Below, one piece after another: positions 17,465 through 27,757 of a stretch of DNA of 64,000 bases. The notes beneath the pieces are model-generated. The model made no database searches. It was given only the letters and a program-made list of their open reading frames with translations, and was not told the origin of the DNA. The stretch is from NCBI GenBank assembly GCA_943350045.1, contig CALQZW010000001.1, positions 9,760 to 73,759 of the forward strand, in the 5' to 3' direction. The DNA is from Candidatus Nomurabacteria bacterium. Its GTDB lineage: Bacteria; Patescibacteriota; Minisyncoccia; Phycocordibacterales; UBA9973. A program made the translations under genes and the position numbers. Numbering within the stretch: the first letter of the stretch is position 1; each line of letters starts with the position of its first letter.

Positions 17465-18565
17465 TTACGCTTCTTTTTCTACGTGAGTAAGAGTCATACG
17501 CTGATCCTTTGGATCAAAGAGTGTGATCTGGAATGTATATGTCTTTCCGAGCTCGAGCTTCTCGCGAAGCTTTGCCTCAGAACCGAAGTTTGAGTGGTGG
17601 ACGAGTCCAGCAACACCCTGCTTGATAGAAACGAGAGCACCGTGTTTGTTGAATTTGATTACAACTCCCTTTACGATGTCACCCTTCTTGAGCTTTCCTT
17701 CGAACTCTTTCCATGGGTTCTCTTTGAGAGCCTTGATAGAGAGAGAAACTTTTCCATCCTTGATGTCGATGACCTTAGCTTTTACTTTGTCACCAACCTT
17801 GTAGAGAGCACGTGGATCTTCCACGAGGCCCCAGTCGAGCTCACTGATGTGTACGAGACCTTCAAGACCTTCTTCAACTTTGAGGAATACTCCGAAGTCT
17901 ACGATACCTGCAACAGTAGTTTCGAGTTCGTCACCTGTTGTGTACTTTCCAACAATTTCCTGACGCTCGTCACTTGTTCCTTCCTTTTCAGAAAAGATGA
18001 GTTTTCCATCCTTTGGAAGTGCTGTAACGATAGATACATTGAGGTGCTTTCCGATGAGCTTCTTGAGTTCCTTAAGGATTTTATCCTTGTCAGAATCTTC
18101 TACACGAGGGTAGTGCTCAGGCTTGAGCTGTGAAGCAGGAAGGAATCCTGCGATACCCTGCCATTCGATGATGAGTCCACCTTTGTTTGCATCCTTAACT
18201 GCGAGGTCAAAGACAGTGTGCTCTTTGATAGCTTTTTCAGCTTCACTCCAGATAAGTGCCTGTTTTGCCTCCTTGAGAGAGAGCTCTACATAGCCGTCTT
18301 CGTTTTCTGTCTCGACAATCTTTGCCTTAACAACGTCGCCGATGTTCATCTTTTTGATGATATCGCGTGCGTTACGGAATTCACGTCCGTAGATGATTCC
18401 AGTACCGTACTGACCGAGGTCAATATATACTGAAGCCTTTTCGATACCGATTACAGGTCCTTCGATGAGCTTTTCTGCTGACAGTGGAGCTGTGCCCTTG
18501 TCTAGAAGGGCATGGATCTCACTGAGCTCGCGCTCTTCGACAACCACTGGTGTTTTTGTTGCCAT
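17465..18565 (-). CDS. rpsA: 30S ribosomal protein S1 (four S1 domains)
   Basis: S1-domain blocks repeat through the sequence (G..V.G.V......G.FV), and the N-terminal region is acidic and Lys-rich. Confidence 0.8.
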   Translation of the reverse strand: MATKTPVVVEERELSEIHALLDKGTAPLSAEKLIEGPVIGIEKASVYIDLGQYGTGIIYGREFRNARDIIKKMNIGDVVKAKIVETENEDGYVELSLKEAKQALIWSEAEKAIKEHTVFDLAVKDANKGGLIIEWQGIAGFLPASQLKPEHYPRVEDSDKDKILKELKKLIGKHLNVSIVTALPKDGKLIFSEKEGTSDERQEIVGKYTTGDELETTVAGIVDFGVFLKVEEGLEGLVHISELDWGLVEDPRALYKVGDKVKAKVIDIKDGKVSLSIKALKENPWKEFEGKLKKGDIVKGVVIKFNKHGALVSIKQGVAGLVHHSNFGSEAKLREKLELGKTYTFQITLFDPKDQRMTLTHVEKEA

Positions 18566-18784
18566 AGATATAAAAAAACCGCCTAATGCGGATGTTCTTA
18601 AGGAGGTACTTGAGTATTCTCAAGGGGTTATTCTCCGAAAGGGTTCCCAAAAATGGGGTTCCGACTGGTAATGCCGATATAGTACAGCAAATAGGGGATA
18701 TTCGCAAGGGGTCATTGACTAAACTATATATAAATGATATAATAAGTACAAATTCACTTTTTAAACAAAATAAAACGAAAAAGC

Positions 18785-19045
18785 ATGAAAAAATCTGAAG
18801 GATTCCTCATCGGAGGTCTGATTGTAGCAATAGCATTACACGTCTTCTTTATGGGAGACTGGTGGGTTGAACAATTCAACGCAGTCATCGCCACCATTAC
18901 CGACTTTTTTAGTTGGCTCGGGTGGATATTTCGAAGTATTGTATTTTGGGTAATAATTTTAATAATTACGAGTATATTTTTCCCAATATCAAAACCAATA
19001 ATCGATAAATTATTTAGATTCGTTAAAGAAAAATTTGTAAAGTAA
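18785..19045 (+). CDS. small membrane protein, hypothetical
   Basis: It has two TM helices and is followed by a terminator (AACGCCccctaaaaaGGCGTTgtttttt). Confidence 0.45.
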   Translation: MKKSEGFLIGGLIVAIALHVFFMGDWWVEQFNAVIATITDFFSWLGWIFRSIVFWVIILIITSIFFPISKPIIDKLFRFVKEKFVK

Positions 19046-19093
19046 ACAATTCTCAACAACGCCCCCTAAAAAGGCGTTGTTTTTTATTTCTCC

Positions 19094-19471
19094 GTGGTAT
19101 ACTTTTTTCATATGGGACTCTATAGACGTTCAATCGATACACATGAGAAAATTATGTTTCCGCTTATCATTCTCCTGCAGCTCTATATTGTGGGAAATGT
19201 TGCCCTACATGAAGGACTTGGTTTGCCGTATGTTATGGCGGTGCATCCCGATTACCAGCTTTTTGTATATTATGTTATCCCCGAAGTCGTGCTCACCGTT
19301 CTCGGATTCTCGCTCAGTATTGCCTTCATCGGCGAGCGTCGTACTCACCATCCGCTTCCTATAGCGCTTCTTGTTTCAAGTTTACTTATTTTCCCAACAG
19401 CAGTATTTTTCCCAAAAGAGTTCACTGAGTTTGCTGGTGACTTGGTATCTGCTATTATGGCTAGCGTATGA
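19094..19471 (+). CDS. membrane protein, hypothetical
   Basis: The 125-aa ORF has 3-4 predicted TM helices. Confidence 0.45.
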   Translation: MVYFFHMGLYRRSIDTHEKIMFPLIILLQLYIVGNVALHEGLGLPYVMAVHPDYQLFVYYVIPEVVLTVLGFSLSIAFIGERRTHHPLPIALLVSSLLIFPTAVFFPKEFTEFAGDLVSAIMASV

Positions 19472-20100
19472 TAATCACTTATTATGGAGACCAATTTGTA
19501 AAGATTTCTCAGGGCGATACTGTTATTGCTATTAACCCACCGAGCAAGGAGAGTGGCCGTAGTCCATCGCGTTTTGGAAGCGGGCTTGTCCTCTCTACTA
19601 CTGCACATCCGTTATATAACGGGTACGAAACTGTTACGTATGGTGAAAATGTTCCGTTTGTTATCGATGGCCCAGGAGAATATGAACACTCTGGAGTTGT
19701 TGTTCGTGGAAAAGGCACGACGACTGAGATCGAAGGCACTGAGTACCAGACTACTGTCTACACACTTACACTCGAAGATATTACTATTGGATTTATGGGC
19801 CCAGTGAGCGGCACTATTCCAAGCGCTCTCCTTGAGATTCTCGGTAGTGCCGATATTCTCTTTGTCCCAGTTGGTGGTGAAGGAGTTCTTGAGCCAGCTA
19901 CTGCATACAAGCTCGCAGTTTCTCTTGCTCCAAAAATCATTATTCCAATGGATTACGGAAAGGGCAGAAACAAAGAGGCTCTCAAAGTATTTTTGAAAGA
20001 GGCTGGTGCGAGTGACGCAGAGACGCTTGAGAAACTCACTATTCGCAGAAAGGAAATTGATCAGAAGGATGGTGACGTTATAGTGCTTCAAGAAAACTAA
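19468..20100 (+). CDS. MBL-fold metallo-hydrolase (UPF0173-like)
   Basis: The N-terminus MIITYYGDQFVKI, the size and the motif ILFVPVGG fit the small MBL-fold hydrolases. Confidence 0.6.
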   Translation: MIITYYGDQFVKISQGDTVIAINPPSKESGRSPSRFGSGLVLSTTAHPLYNGYETVTYGENVPFVIDGPGEYEHSGVVVRGKGTTTEIEGTEYQTTVYTLTLEDITIGFMGPVSGTIPSALLEILGSADILFVPVGGEGVLEPATAYKLAVSLAPKIIIPMDYGKGRNKEALKVFLKEAGASDAETLEKLTIRRKEIDQKDGDVIVLQEN

Positions 20101-20109
20101 CTTTATTCA

Positions 20110-20334
20110 ATGAAGAAAATTATTCACTCCATTCGCAATAAGCCAAAGCATGTACGACAGCGCATTTTGGTTATCTGCATGGTCGTGATTACTCCGCTAT
20201 TGCTTGCCGGTGGGATATTCTCCTTTTTCTATGGAAGAAACCATTCAAAGCAAGAGGGTAATTCAGTATGGACTGGACTGTTCGACGCAGTTTCTTCTTC
20301 AGCAGATTTCATGATAGAATCCGATAACATATGA
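20110..20334 (+). CDS. small membrane protein, hypothetical
   Basis: It has one TM helix and its stop overlaps the gyrA start (ATGA). Confidence 0.4.
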   Translation: MKKIIHSIRNKPKHVRQRILVICMVVITPLLLAGGIFSFFYGRNHSKQEGNSVWTGLFDAVSSSADFMIESDNI

Positions 20335-22808
20335 GCCTAAAGAAACCCCAGAAAGATTCAAGAGATATTCCGAGTGCAGATACTGTACATAATGCAGTAG
20401 TGCCAATCGGTATTGGAAACGAAATGAAGACGTCGTTTATTAGTTATGCGATGTCTGTTATTACTGACCGTGCGCTTCCTGACGTTCGTGACGGTCTCAA
20501 GCCAGTACACCGTCGTATTTTGTACGCAATGCACGAAATGGGGCTTACTTCGAGTGCGAAAACAAAGAAGTCTGCAGCCGTAGTGGGAGACGTGCTTGGA
20601 AAATATCACCCACACGGAGATACGTCTGTGTATGACGCAATGGTGGGAATGGCACAGGACTTTTCTCTTCGTTATCCAACAATCATCGGACAAGGTAACT
20701 TCGGATCAGTAGACGGCGACAATGCAGCCGCGATGCGTTATACCGAAGCAAAGATGAGTAAGGTTGCAGGTGAGATGCTTAAAGACCTCGACAAAGAAAC
20801 TGTTGATTGGCGCGGTAACTATGACGCAACACTCAAAGAACCTATCGTTCTTCCTGCGGGAGTTCCAAACCTTATCCTCAACGGAACACTTGGAATCGCA
20901 GTGGGAATGGCAACAAACATTCCTCCCCACAACCTCACAGAGGTTCTTGATGCTACCTTACACCTTACGCAAAACCCAGACGCTACAACAGAAGACCTTA
21001 TGGGATTTGTAAAAGGCCCAGACTTTCCAACAGGAGGAGTCGTGTATGGAACAAAAGACATGCTTCATGCCTATACATCTGGACGTGGAGGAGTTGTCTG
21101 TCGTGGAGAGGCAGAAATCGTTGAGCAAAAAGCAGGTATCTCTCAGATTGTCATCACAAGTCTTCCATACCGCGTCGTCAAACAAAATCTTGTCATGGCT
21201 ATTGCCGAGCTTGTGCAGGAAAAGAAACTCGAAGGAATCAAGGGTCTTCGCGACGAATCTACAAAAGATATTCGTATTGTTATCGACTTGAAACAGGGAG
21301 TATTTCCGCAGAAAGTTCTCAACTATCTTTACAAGCATACACAGCTTGAGACTGCATTCCATTTGAACATGGTTGCTCTCGTGAATGGAGTTCCTCAGAC
21401 ACTTTCTCTAAAATCTATTCTCGAAGAATTTATTAAACACCGCAAAGACGTCGTAAAGCGCCGTACTATTTTCGAGCTTCGCAAAGCAGAGGAGCGTGAG
21501 CATATTTTACTTGGTCTCAAGAAGGCACTCGACCATATCGATCGTGTCATTTCAATCATCCGTGCTTCAAAAGACGCAGCGCTTGCGAAGCTCAACCTTA
21601 TCAAAGAGTTTAAGTTTTCTGATTTACAGGCAACTGCTATTTTGGAAATGCGCCTTCAGAAACTTGCCGGTCTTGAGCGTAAGCAGGTAGAAGAAGAATT
21701 GAAAGAAAAGCAGGCACTCATTGCCGAGCTCAAAGCTATTCTCGCAAGTGAGAAACGCATGCTTGCCGTTATTGCAGGAGAACTCGCAGATATCAAGGAG
21801 CGCTTTGGAGATGCTCGCCGTACTCGTGTGGTAAAGGGAGGTGTAAAAGAAATCACTGACGAAGACCTTATCCCAGAGCGCGAAAGCATGCTCGTGTTTA
21901 CTGCAGGTGGATATGTAAAGCGCACAGACCCAAGCGAATACCGCTCACAAAAGCGTGGAGGTGTGGGAGTTGTTGACCTTGAAACAAAGGAAGAAGACTT
22001 CGTTACAATGCTTCTCTCTGCGAATACTCACGACGATTTGTTGTTCTTCACAAACCTTGGAAAGGCGTATCAGATTAAAATGTACGACTTGCCAGAAGGG
22101 CGTCGCGCAACAAAAGGAAAGAGTATTATGAACTTCCTCTCGCTCTCTGCTGACGAAAAAGTCATGTCTATTCTTCCTGTTCCAAAGGGACAGAAAGGAA
22201 AAGAGCAGTATCTTTTCCTTATGACTGAAAACGGTACTGGAAAAAAGATGAGCGCAAAACAGTTTGCCGATGTTCGTCGTAACGGAATCATTGCAATCAA
22301 ACTCGACAAGAGTGACTCACTCCGCGGAGCAAACCTTGTGGAAAAGGGAGACGAAATCATGCTCGCAACTGCAAAGGGTCAGTCTGTTCGCTTCAAGGAG
22401 AGTGATGTTCGTGAAATGGGACGCACTGCAGGTGGTGTTCGCGCAATGAAGCTTGGAAAAGGCGACAGTATTGTTGGCTTTGACATCGTAAAGAAAGAAA
22501 CTCGCGACACTGCAGTACTGCTTGTCATGTCTGCAAACGGACTTGGAAAGAAAACTCCACTGAAGGAATACAAGACTCAGAAGCGTGGAGGATCTGGAAT
22601 TAAAACTGCAAAGGTTACTCCAAAAACAGGGGACCTTATTATGGCAAAGGTTGTCACCGACGAAGCTGAACTCATTGCTATGAGTCAGAAAGGGCAGGTG
22701 ATTCGCACAGCCATGGACTCTATCAGTAAACTCGGACGGCAGACTCAGGGAGTGACAATTATGAAGATGCGTGCGGGAGACAAAGTTGCTTCCATTACGT
22801 GTTTGTAA
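20331..22808 (+). CDS. gyrA: DNA gyrase subunit A
   Basis: [28 protein letters not shown] and the active-site region are present, and the C-terminal beta-pinwheel repeats with the GyrA box-like QRGG motif. Confidence 0.95.
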   Translation: MSLKKPQKDSRDIPSADTVHNAVVPIGIGNEMKTSFISYAMSVITDRALPDVRDGLKPVHRRILYAMHEMGLTSSAKTKKSAAVVGDVLGKYHPHGDTSVYDAMVGMAQDFSLRYPTIIGQGNFGSVDGDNAAAMRYTEAKMSKVAGEMLKDLDKETVDWRGNYDATLKEPIVLPAGVPNLILNGTLGIAVGMATNIPPHNLTEVLDATLHLTQNPDATTEDLMGFVKGPDFPTGGVVYGTKDMLHAYTSGRGGVVCRGEAEIVEQKAGISQIVITSLPYRVVKQNLVMAIAELVQEKKLEGIKGLRDESTKDIRIVIDLKQGVFPQKVLNYLYKHTQLETAFHLNMVALVNGVPQTLSLKSILEEFIKHRKDVVKRRTIFELRKAEEREHILLGLKKALDHIDRVISIIRASKDAALAKLNLIKEFKFSDLQATAILEMRLQKLAGLERKQVEEELKEKQALIAELKAILASEKRMLAVIAGELADIKERFGDARRTRVVKGGVKEITDEDLIPERESMLVFTAGGYVKRTDPSEYRSQKRGGVGVVDLETKEEDFVTMLLSANTHDDLLFFTNLGKAYQIKMYDLPEGRRATKGKSIMNFLSLSADEKVMSILPVPKGQKGKEQYLFLMTENGTGKKMSAKQFADVRRNGIIAIKLDKSDSLRGANLVEKGDEIMLATAKGQSVRFKESDVREMGRTAGGVRAMKLGKGDSIVGFDIVKKETRDTAVLLVMSANGLGKKTPLKEYKTQKRGGSGIKTAKVTPKTGDLIMAKVVTDEAELIAMSQKGQVIRTAMDSISKLGRQTQGVTIMKMRAGDKVASITCL

Positions 22809-22829
22809 AACGTATGATACAATTATTGA

Positions 22830-23357
22830 GTGAATTTTCTCAATCCTGAAGATGCACTCAAACAGTTTGGTATCTACGGCGCACAAGATGTCGCTGATAT
22901 TGGTTCTGGCGCAGGACATTTTTCTTTAGCCGCAGCAAAACGCCTCGAAGGGGGGCGTTTGTTTGCTATTGATATACAAAAAGATATGCTTACGCGACTC
23001 GACTCTCTTGCAAGCGATGCAAGTATTAAAAACATCCACACGATTTGGGGCGATGCAGGAGTATACAAAGGTGTTCCGCTGGCCGATGGTTCGCTCGATA
23101 GGGCAATGGTGGTAAATATTTTACACAGCGCAGAAGACCGTGACGTATTAGCAAAAGAAGTTCGTCGTTTAGTAAAGTCGGATGGAAAAGTTTTGCTGAT
23201 TGACTGGCACGATACTGCCCACATGGGTCCACATCCTCGTCATCGCATCGATGAAGCCACTGCACTCGGATTCTTTACTCGACATGGATTTGAAAAAGAA
23301 AAAGATATCGATGCAGGTGGGTATCACTATGGTATGATATTGAAAGTGGTTCGCTGA
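22830..23357 (+). CDS. class I SAM-dependent methyltransferase
   Basis: Motif I VADIGSGAGHFSL is present. Confidence 0.65.
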   Translation: MNFLNPEDALKQFGIYGAQDVADIGSGAGHFSLAAAKRLEGGRLFAIDIQKDMLTRLDSLASDASIKNIHTIWGDAGVYKGVPLADGSLDRAMVVNILHSAEDRDVLAKEVRRLVKSDGKVLLIDWHDTAHMGPHPRHRIDEATALGFFTRHGFEKEKDIDAGGYHYGMILKVVR

Positions 23358-23372
23358 TTTTTTTCTATATTT

Positions 23373-24692
23373 ATGAATAGCTTTAAAACAATTGTGCTTG
23401 CAGTATTTATCGGAGCAACCGTTATCGGAGTGCTTGTTTTCTCTGGAATCATAAACATCGGAGGACGTGCGGCCGATGTATCGGTAGAAGGAAGCGTAAC
23501 TCTCTGGGGGACATTTAGTTCTCGCGACATGTCTCCTTTAGTGCAAGATTACAATATCCGCAATCAGAAAATACCAATCACGTATGTAGAGAAAAGCCCT
23601 GCAACGTTTACAGACGACCTTGTTGAAGCGCTTGCTCGAGGAACAGCTCCCGACGTCGTTATTCTCCCTGACAATCTCATAAACCGTTTTGAAGACAAGG
23701 TAACACATATTTCTTTTGCCACACTTCCTGCTCGTACATTTGCCGATACCTTTGTGTCAGGAGCTTCAATTTTCTTGGCGAAAGATGGAGCAATAGGGGT
23801 TCCGTGGGCAGCAGATCCGCTCGTGTTGTATTACAACAAAAATCTTCTTGAAGGTGCAGGAGTTGTTAAAGTTCCTGCGAACTGGAAAGAGTTTAGTGAT
23901 ACAGTGCCAGCAATGACTCAAAAGCGTGAAGACATGACGCTTATTTCTTCTGGCGCCGCTCTTGGAACATTTACAAATATTGCGCACGCAAAAGATATTA
24001 TTGCATTGCTTTTTTTGCAGACAGGAAATCTATTCATTTCAAATGGAGTGCCTGTAGTTCCACATTTTGGCACATCTTCAGTTACTGCAAATACGGCAAA
24101 TGTAGGTCCCGAAGCTCTCAATTTTTTCACTGCGTTCTCAAACCCTGTGAATGACGTATACAGCTGGAACGCAGGACAGCCGCTAGACCGAGATGCGTTT
24201 GTGCGTAGTTCTCTCGCGTACTATTTTGGAACTGCAAGCGAGCTTCCTCTTATCTCATCTTCAAACCCAAACCTCCGTTTCGACGTTGCCTTGCCTCCAC
24301 AGTCATCTGCGACAACTCCAAGCACGACAGGTCGCATCTACGGCCTTGTAATTCCAAAGACTGCGCCCAACCAGCTTCTTTCGTATACTGCCGCAACTGC
24401 ATTTGCAAATACTGCGTCATCAACTGCTCTCGTAGAGAAAGCGGGAACTACGCTTGCTCTTATGCCGGTGCGTCGTGACGTGCTTGCAAACATTCCGACC
24501 GCAGACCCGTATCTTGCACTTATGTACAGAGCAACGCTTTTGCAGCGAACATGGTTTGATCCAAATCCGGTAAAGTCCAATGAAGTGTTTGCCTCACTCG
24601 TGCGTGAAATTACGAGTGGTATTGCAACTGTCGAGCAGGCTTTGTCGAAAGCTGCGACTCAGATTACTGCGCTTTCTCGAACAGCTCTCTAA
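23373..24692 (+). CDS. extracellular solute-binding protein (ABC-type, family 1-like), membrane-anchored
   Basis: There is an N-terminal TM or signal segment. TLWG, LYYNKNLL..AG...P.NWKEF and further SBP-family blocks are present. No permease or ATPase genes are adjacent. Confidence 0.55.
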   Translation: MNSFKTIVLAVFIGATVIGVLVFSGIINIGGRAADVSVEGSVTLWGTFSSRDMSPLVQDYNIRNQKIPITYVEKSPATFTDDLVEALARGTAPDVVILPDNLINRFEDKVTHISFATLPARTFADTFVSGASIFLAKDGAIGVPWAADPLVLYYNKNLLEGAGVVKVPANWKEFSDTVPAMTQKREDMTLISSGAALGTFTNIAHAKDIIALLFLQTGNLFISNGVPVVPHFGTSSVTANTANVGPEALNFFTAFSNPVNDVYSWNAGQPLDRDAFVRSSLAYYFGTASELPLISSSNPNLRFDVALPPQSSATTPSTTGRIYGLVIPKTAPNQLLSYTAATAFANTASSTALVEKAGTTLALMPVRRDVLANIPTADPYLALMYRATLLQRTWFDPNPVKSNEVFASLVREITSGIATVEQALSKAATQITALSRTAL

Positions 24693-24697
24693 AGCCT

Positions 24698-26059
24698 ATG
24701 CGTACTTTTTTGAAAAAAATTCTCTTTGCCGGATTCCTATTTTTTGCCGTAGCTAGTCCGACGTTAGTTTCAGCTCAGACGACATTCCAGCCAGGAGCGA
24801 CTGTCTTGCCGCCTACTGTGCTTGATACGAGCGCTGTGATTCGAGGGGTAGTTACAGACCCCCTTGTGCGCTCTATTTTCATTACCTATGCATCTAGCGA
24901 CCTTAGTCCTGGTGGAGAAGTAAATGCATTTATCGAACCCACGGGAACCTTTTCTGTAGAGCTTTTTGATCTTCAGCCTTCTACTTCATATCTGTATCAA
25001 GTCATTGATGCCGAAACAAACCGCCAGCTCACGGCGTCTTTTCCGTTCCGTACCAAAAGTAATCTATTTAATTTTCGCGTAGAACAAGTTTCAGAGAACT
25101 CAGCTACTCTCTATGGAACGGTAACCAGTACAAAACCTGACCTTCGCATTCTGTGGGGTGAGGCAGAGGTAACTGAATATCAGCATAGCTTTACGCCGAC
25201 AATACGAGGAAACCGCACGTTTGTAGAAAAGCTTACGGACCTCCTTCCGAATACAAAGTACAAGGTAGTGCTTGTGAAGGCCAGCGACGAGAAATCACGT
25301 CTCAGTGGAGTATATGGATTTACTACGCTTGGGATAAACGCATCGCCATATATGGGAGTCGTGAAAGACACACAGGCCACTGTGAATGTTCGTCTTCCAA
25401 GCGGACTGAGCGAAGTCTATGTGTATTATGGAGTTAAGACTGACGAACTCTCAAGTCAGGCTCTTATGAAAGAGGAGGAAACGGGTCTCTATACAACGAG
25501 TTTGACCGGTCTTACTCCGGACACTGTGTATCACTATAAAATAGTTGGGCGTGATGATACGGGAGCGCCTGTTGTGTACGGAAATATTTCAGTGATAGGA
25601 ACTGACGAAGACGGTAAACCTATTCTCTTTGGTAGTATGTTTAGTTTCCGCACTGTGGCAAGTCAGACACCAGTTACAGTTCGCACTATTGTCGACACTG
25701 TCGGCTCACTCGTGGGAAACGGACCTGAGGAGTACAAAGGAGGAATCGTTCAGTGTTCTGGAGTAGACGATGCCGGAAATGTTACCTGTGGCTTTAGTGA
25801 TTTTTTGGCAATGATAAATAGAGTGATTGAGTTCATCGTGTTCTATCTCGTGCCTGCTATCGCAACAATCATTATCATGATGGCTGGGTTCGTGCTTCTT
25901 ACGGCAGGAGGAGATCCTGGCAAGATTAAAACTGCGAAATCTATGCTTAAGAATGTGGTGACCGGAATCGTTATCGTTACCGGAGCATGGCTTTTGATCA
26001 AGACTATTCTGATCGGTATTGGATACAACACGGATATTTTCCCCGATGTCTTTTCATAA
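24698..26059 (+). CDS. large secreted repeat protein with a C-terminal VirB2/TrbC-type (T4SS-pilin-like) two-helix module
   Basis: A signal peptide is followed by FN3-like beta repeats. The C-terminus is INRVIEFIVFYLVPAIATIIIMMAGFVLLTAGGDPGKIKTAKSMLKNVVTGIVIVTGAWLLIKTILIGIG, which is paralogous to the four downstream small proteins. Confidence 0.6.
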   Translation: MRTFLKKILFAGFLFFAVASPTLVSAQTTFQPGATVLPPTVLDTSAVIRGVVTDPLVRSIFITYASSDLSPGGEVNAFIEPTGTFSVELFDLQPSTSYLYQVIDAETNRQLTASFPFRTKSNLFNFRVEQVSENSATLYGTVTSTKPDLRILWGEAEVTEYQHSFTPTIRGNRTFVEKLTDLLPNTKYKVVLVKASDEKSRLSGVYGFTTLGINASPYMGVVKDTQATVNVRLPSGLSEVYVYYGVKTDELSSQALMKEEETGLYTTSLTGLTPDTVYHYKIVGRDDTGAPVVYGNISVIGTDEDGKPILFGSMFSFRTVASQTPVTVRTIVDTVGSLVGNGPEEYKGGIVQCSGVDDAGNVTCGFSDFLAMINRVIEFIVFYLVPAIATIIIMMAGFVLLTAGGDPGKIKTAKSMLKNVVTGIVIVTGAWLLIKTILIGIGYNTDIFPDVFS

Positions 26060-26081
26060 TAACTTGGTATACTACTAGCAT

Positions 26082-26471
26082 ATGAACACATCTTGGATAA
26101 AGAACATTCAGTATAAAGTCACCGCAGTTATAGCGGCAGTGACGATGTTTGCGGTACCGTTTGCAGTCCGTGCCCAGCTCGAAGGTGGCACTGCTCAGAA
26201 AAAGCTCGCGTGGAGTATTAAAAACCCGATCGGAGCAGAAACAATACAGCAGCTCATCATTCAGATTACAAGCGCAATGGTGCTTGTGATGAGTCCAGTC
26301 ATTGTTCTCATGCTTATCTACAGTGGGTTTCTTTTTGTGTATCATGCAAATAATCCGGAGAAGCTTAAAACAGCACAGGCAACCTTATTATGGACTATAG
26401 CAGGAGCTGCAATTATTCTTGGTGCGAAGGGAATCGCCCTTGCGATTCAGGCAACAATAGTACAACTATAA
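26082..26471 (+). CDS. T4SS-pilin-like (VirB2/TrbC family) small secreted protein, paralog 1
   Basis: The layout is signal peptide, hydrophobic helix, short charged loop (NNPEKLKTAQ), then a second hydrophobic helix. Confidence 0.55.
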   Translation: MNTSWIKNIQYKVTAVIAAVTMFAVPFAVRAQLEGGTAQKKLAWSIKNPIGAETIQQLIIQITSAMVLVMSPVIVLMLIYSGFLFVYHANNPEKLKTAQATLLWTIAGAAIILGAKGIALAIQATIVQL

Positions 26472-26475
26472 TTTT

Positions 26476-26916
26476 ATGAAAAATCTTATCCTCCACCTAT
26501 CTCGCTATAGTGCATCAATCATTTTTGTCCTCGTTCTTATTGCCAGCCCTGTTGTGTCTATTGCTCAAGTATCTGCAGAAACTCAGCAGTCATATTGTGC
26601 CGGTTTTTCAGGTAGTCTTGACCTTGATCAGAAAAAGACAGTCAGTGACGTGCTCAAGTTTGGAACCTGTTTTATTCAAAAATCAATTATCCCACTGTTG
26701 TTTGCAATAGCAGTGCTTGTCTTTATTTACGGAGTGGTCGACTTCATCCGTGCATCAGCTACTGATGGTGGAGATTTAAAAGAAAAGAAGCAGTTTATGG
26801 TATGGGGAATCGTTGCGCTCGCAGTCATGACGGGCGTTTGGGGGCTTGTGGCCATCATTACCAACACGTTTGGTATTGGAAACGTTATTCCACAGCTTCC
26901 TGTTAACCCACAATAG
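26476..26916 (+). CDS. T4SS-pilin-like small secreted protein, paralog 2
   Basis: PLLFAIAVLVFIYGVVDFIRAS...KKQFMVWGIVALAVMTGVWGLVAIITNTFGIG shares motifs with paralogs 3 and 4. It has two Cys before the helices. Confidence 0.55.
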   Translation: MKNLILHLSRYSASIIFVLVLIASPVVSIAQVSAETQQSYCAGFSGSLDLDQKKTVSDVLKFGTCFIQKSIIPLLFAIAVLVFIYGVVDFIRASATDGGDLKEKKQFMVWGIVALAVMTGVWGLVAIITNTFGIGNVIPQLPVNPQ

Positions 26917-26987
26917 GTGTGGTATACTTAAATAAAGGCGTATTTCGTCAGGCGGTATATATTAGAAATTAATTTTATTGTATTTTC

Positions 26988-27368
26988 ATGAAAAAGAATT
27001 TTGCAGTGCTCGGTGCTACAGTCGCTAGTTTCCTTATGCCAGCAGTTGTGTTCGCTCAGGACCTTGCAGCACAGTGTGCTGTTGTAGGTGGTGGAACTGT
27101 AGACAGTCTTATCTGTCGCGTATATTCTATCGTTCGCATTATTATTCCTCTCCTTATTCTTGGAGCCGTTGCATTCTTTATATATGGAGTAATTAACTTT
27201 ATTCGTGCAGATAGTGATGACGAGAAGAAAAAAGGAAAGGCATTGATGGTAAATGGTATTATCGGCTTCGCTGTAATTCTTGGTCTCTGGGGTCTTGTTT
27301 CAATCCTTCTTAACACAGCAGGTGTCGGAGGCGGATCTGTAAACCAGGGCGCATTCCCAACATTCTAG
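26988..27368 (+). CDS. T4SS-pilin-like small secreted protein, paralog 3
   Basis: The key block is IIIPLLILGAVAFFIYGVINFIRADSDDEKKKGKALMVNGIIGFAVILGLWGLVSILLNTAGVGG. Confidence 0.55.
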   Translation: MKKNFAVLGATVASFLMPAVVFAQDLAAQCAVVGGGTVDSLICRVYSIVRIIIPLLILGAVAFFIYGVINFIRADSDDEKKKGKALMVNGIIGFAVILGLWGLVSILLNTAGVGGGSVNQGAFPTF

Positions 27369-27389
27369 TTTTCACCCGAGACATCTCTC

Positions 27390-27707
27390 ATGCATGATTT
27401 TCTCATAACACATCTTGGAGTATCAGTTGCATACGCCCAGACAAAAGTGTCACCAGTTGCTACTTTTGTTGGGAAGATAAACCGACTCATCATAAATCCA
27501 CTCATCGTTCTCATGTTCGCTGCGGCCCTCGCTTACTTCATTTTTGGAGTTATGCAGTTTATAGCAGACGGAGCAGAGAAGAAAACTGAGGCGAAAAATA
27601 GTATGCTGTGGGGGCTCGTTGGAATGGCAATCATGTTTGGAGTCTTTGGAATCATTAAACTCATCGAGTCTACGCTCGGCGTGTCGAATGTGAATCCGAA
27701 TCTCTAG
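27390..27707 (+). CDS. T4SS-pilin-like small secreted protein, paralog 4
   Basis: The key block is INPLIVLMFAAALAYFIFGVMQFIADGAEKKTEAKNSMLWGLVGMAIMFGVFGIIKLIESTLGV. Confidence 0.55.
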   Translation: MHDFLITHLGVSVAYAQTKVSPVATFVGKINRLIINPLIVLMFAAALAYFIFGVMQFIADGAEKKTEAKNSMLWGLVGMAIMFGVFGIIKLIESTLGVSNVNPNL

Positions 27708-27757
27708 GAGATATAAAGAAAAAGGCATTACACGATTGTGTGTAATGCCTTTTTGAT

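Noticed and set aside
17594-18133. 179-aa plus-strand ORF
   Set aside because: It is antisense to rpsA (ribosomal protein S1), so it is a shadow ORF.
18586-18798. 70-aa plus-strand ORF in the region upstream of rpsA
   Set aside because: It lies in the AT-rich leader/promoter region of rpsA with an atypical composition. It is more likely non-coding regulatory sequence (S1 leader).
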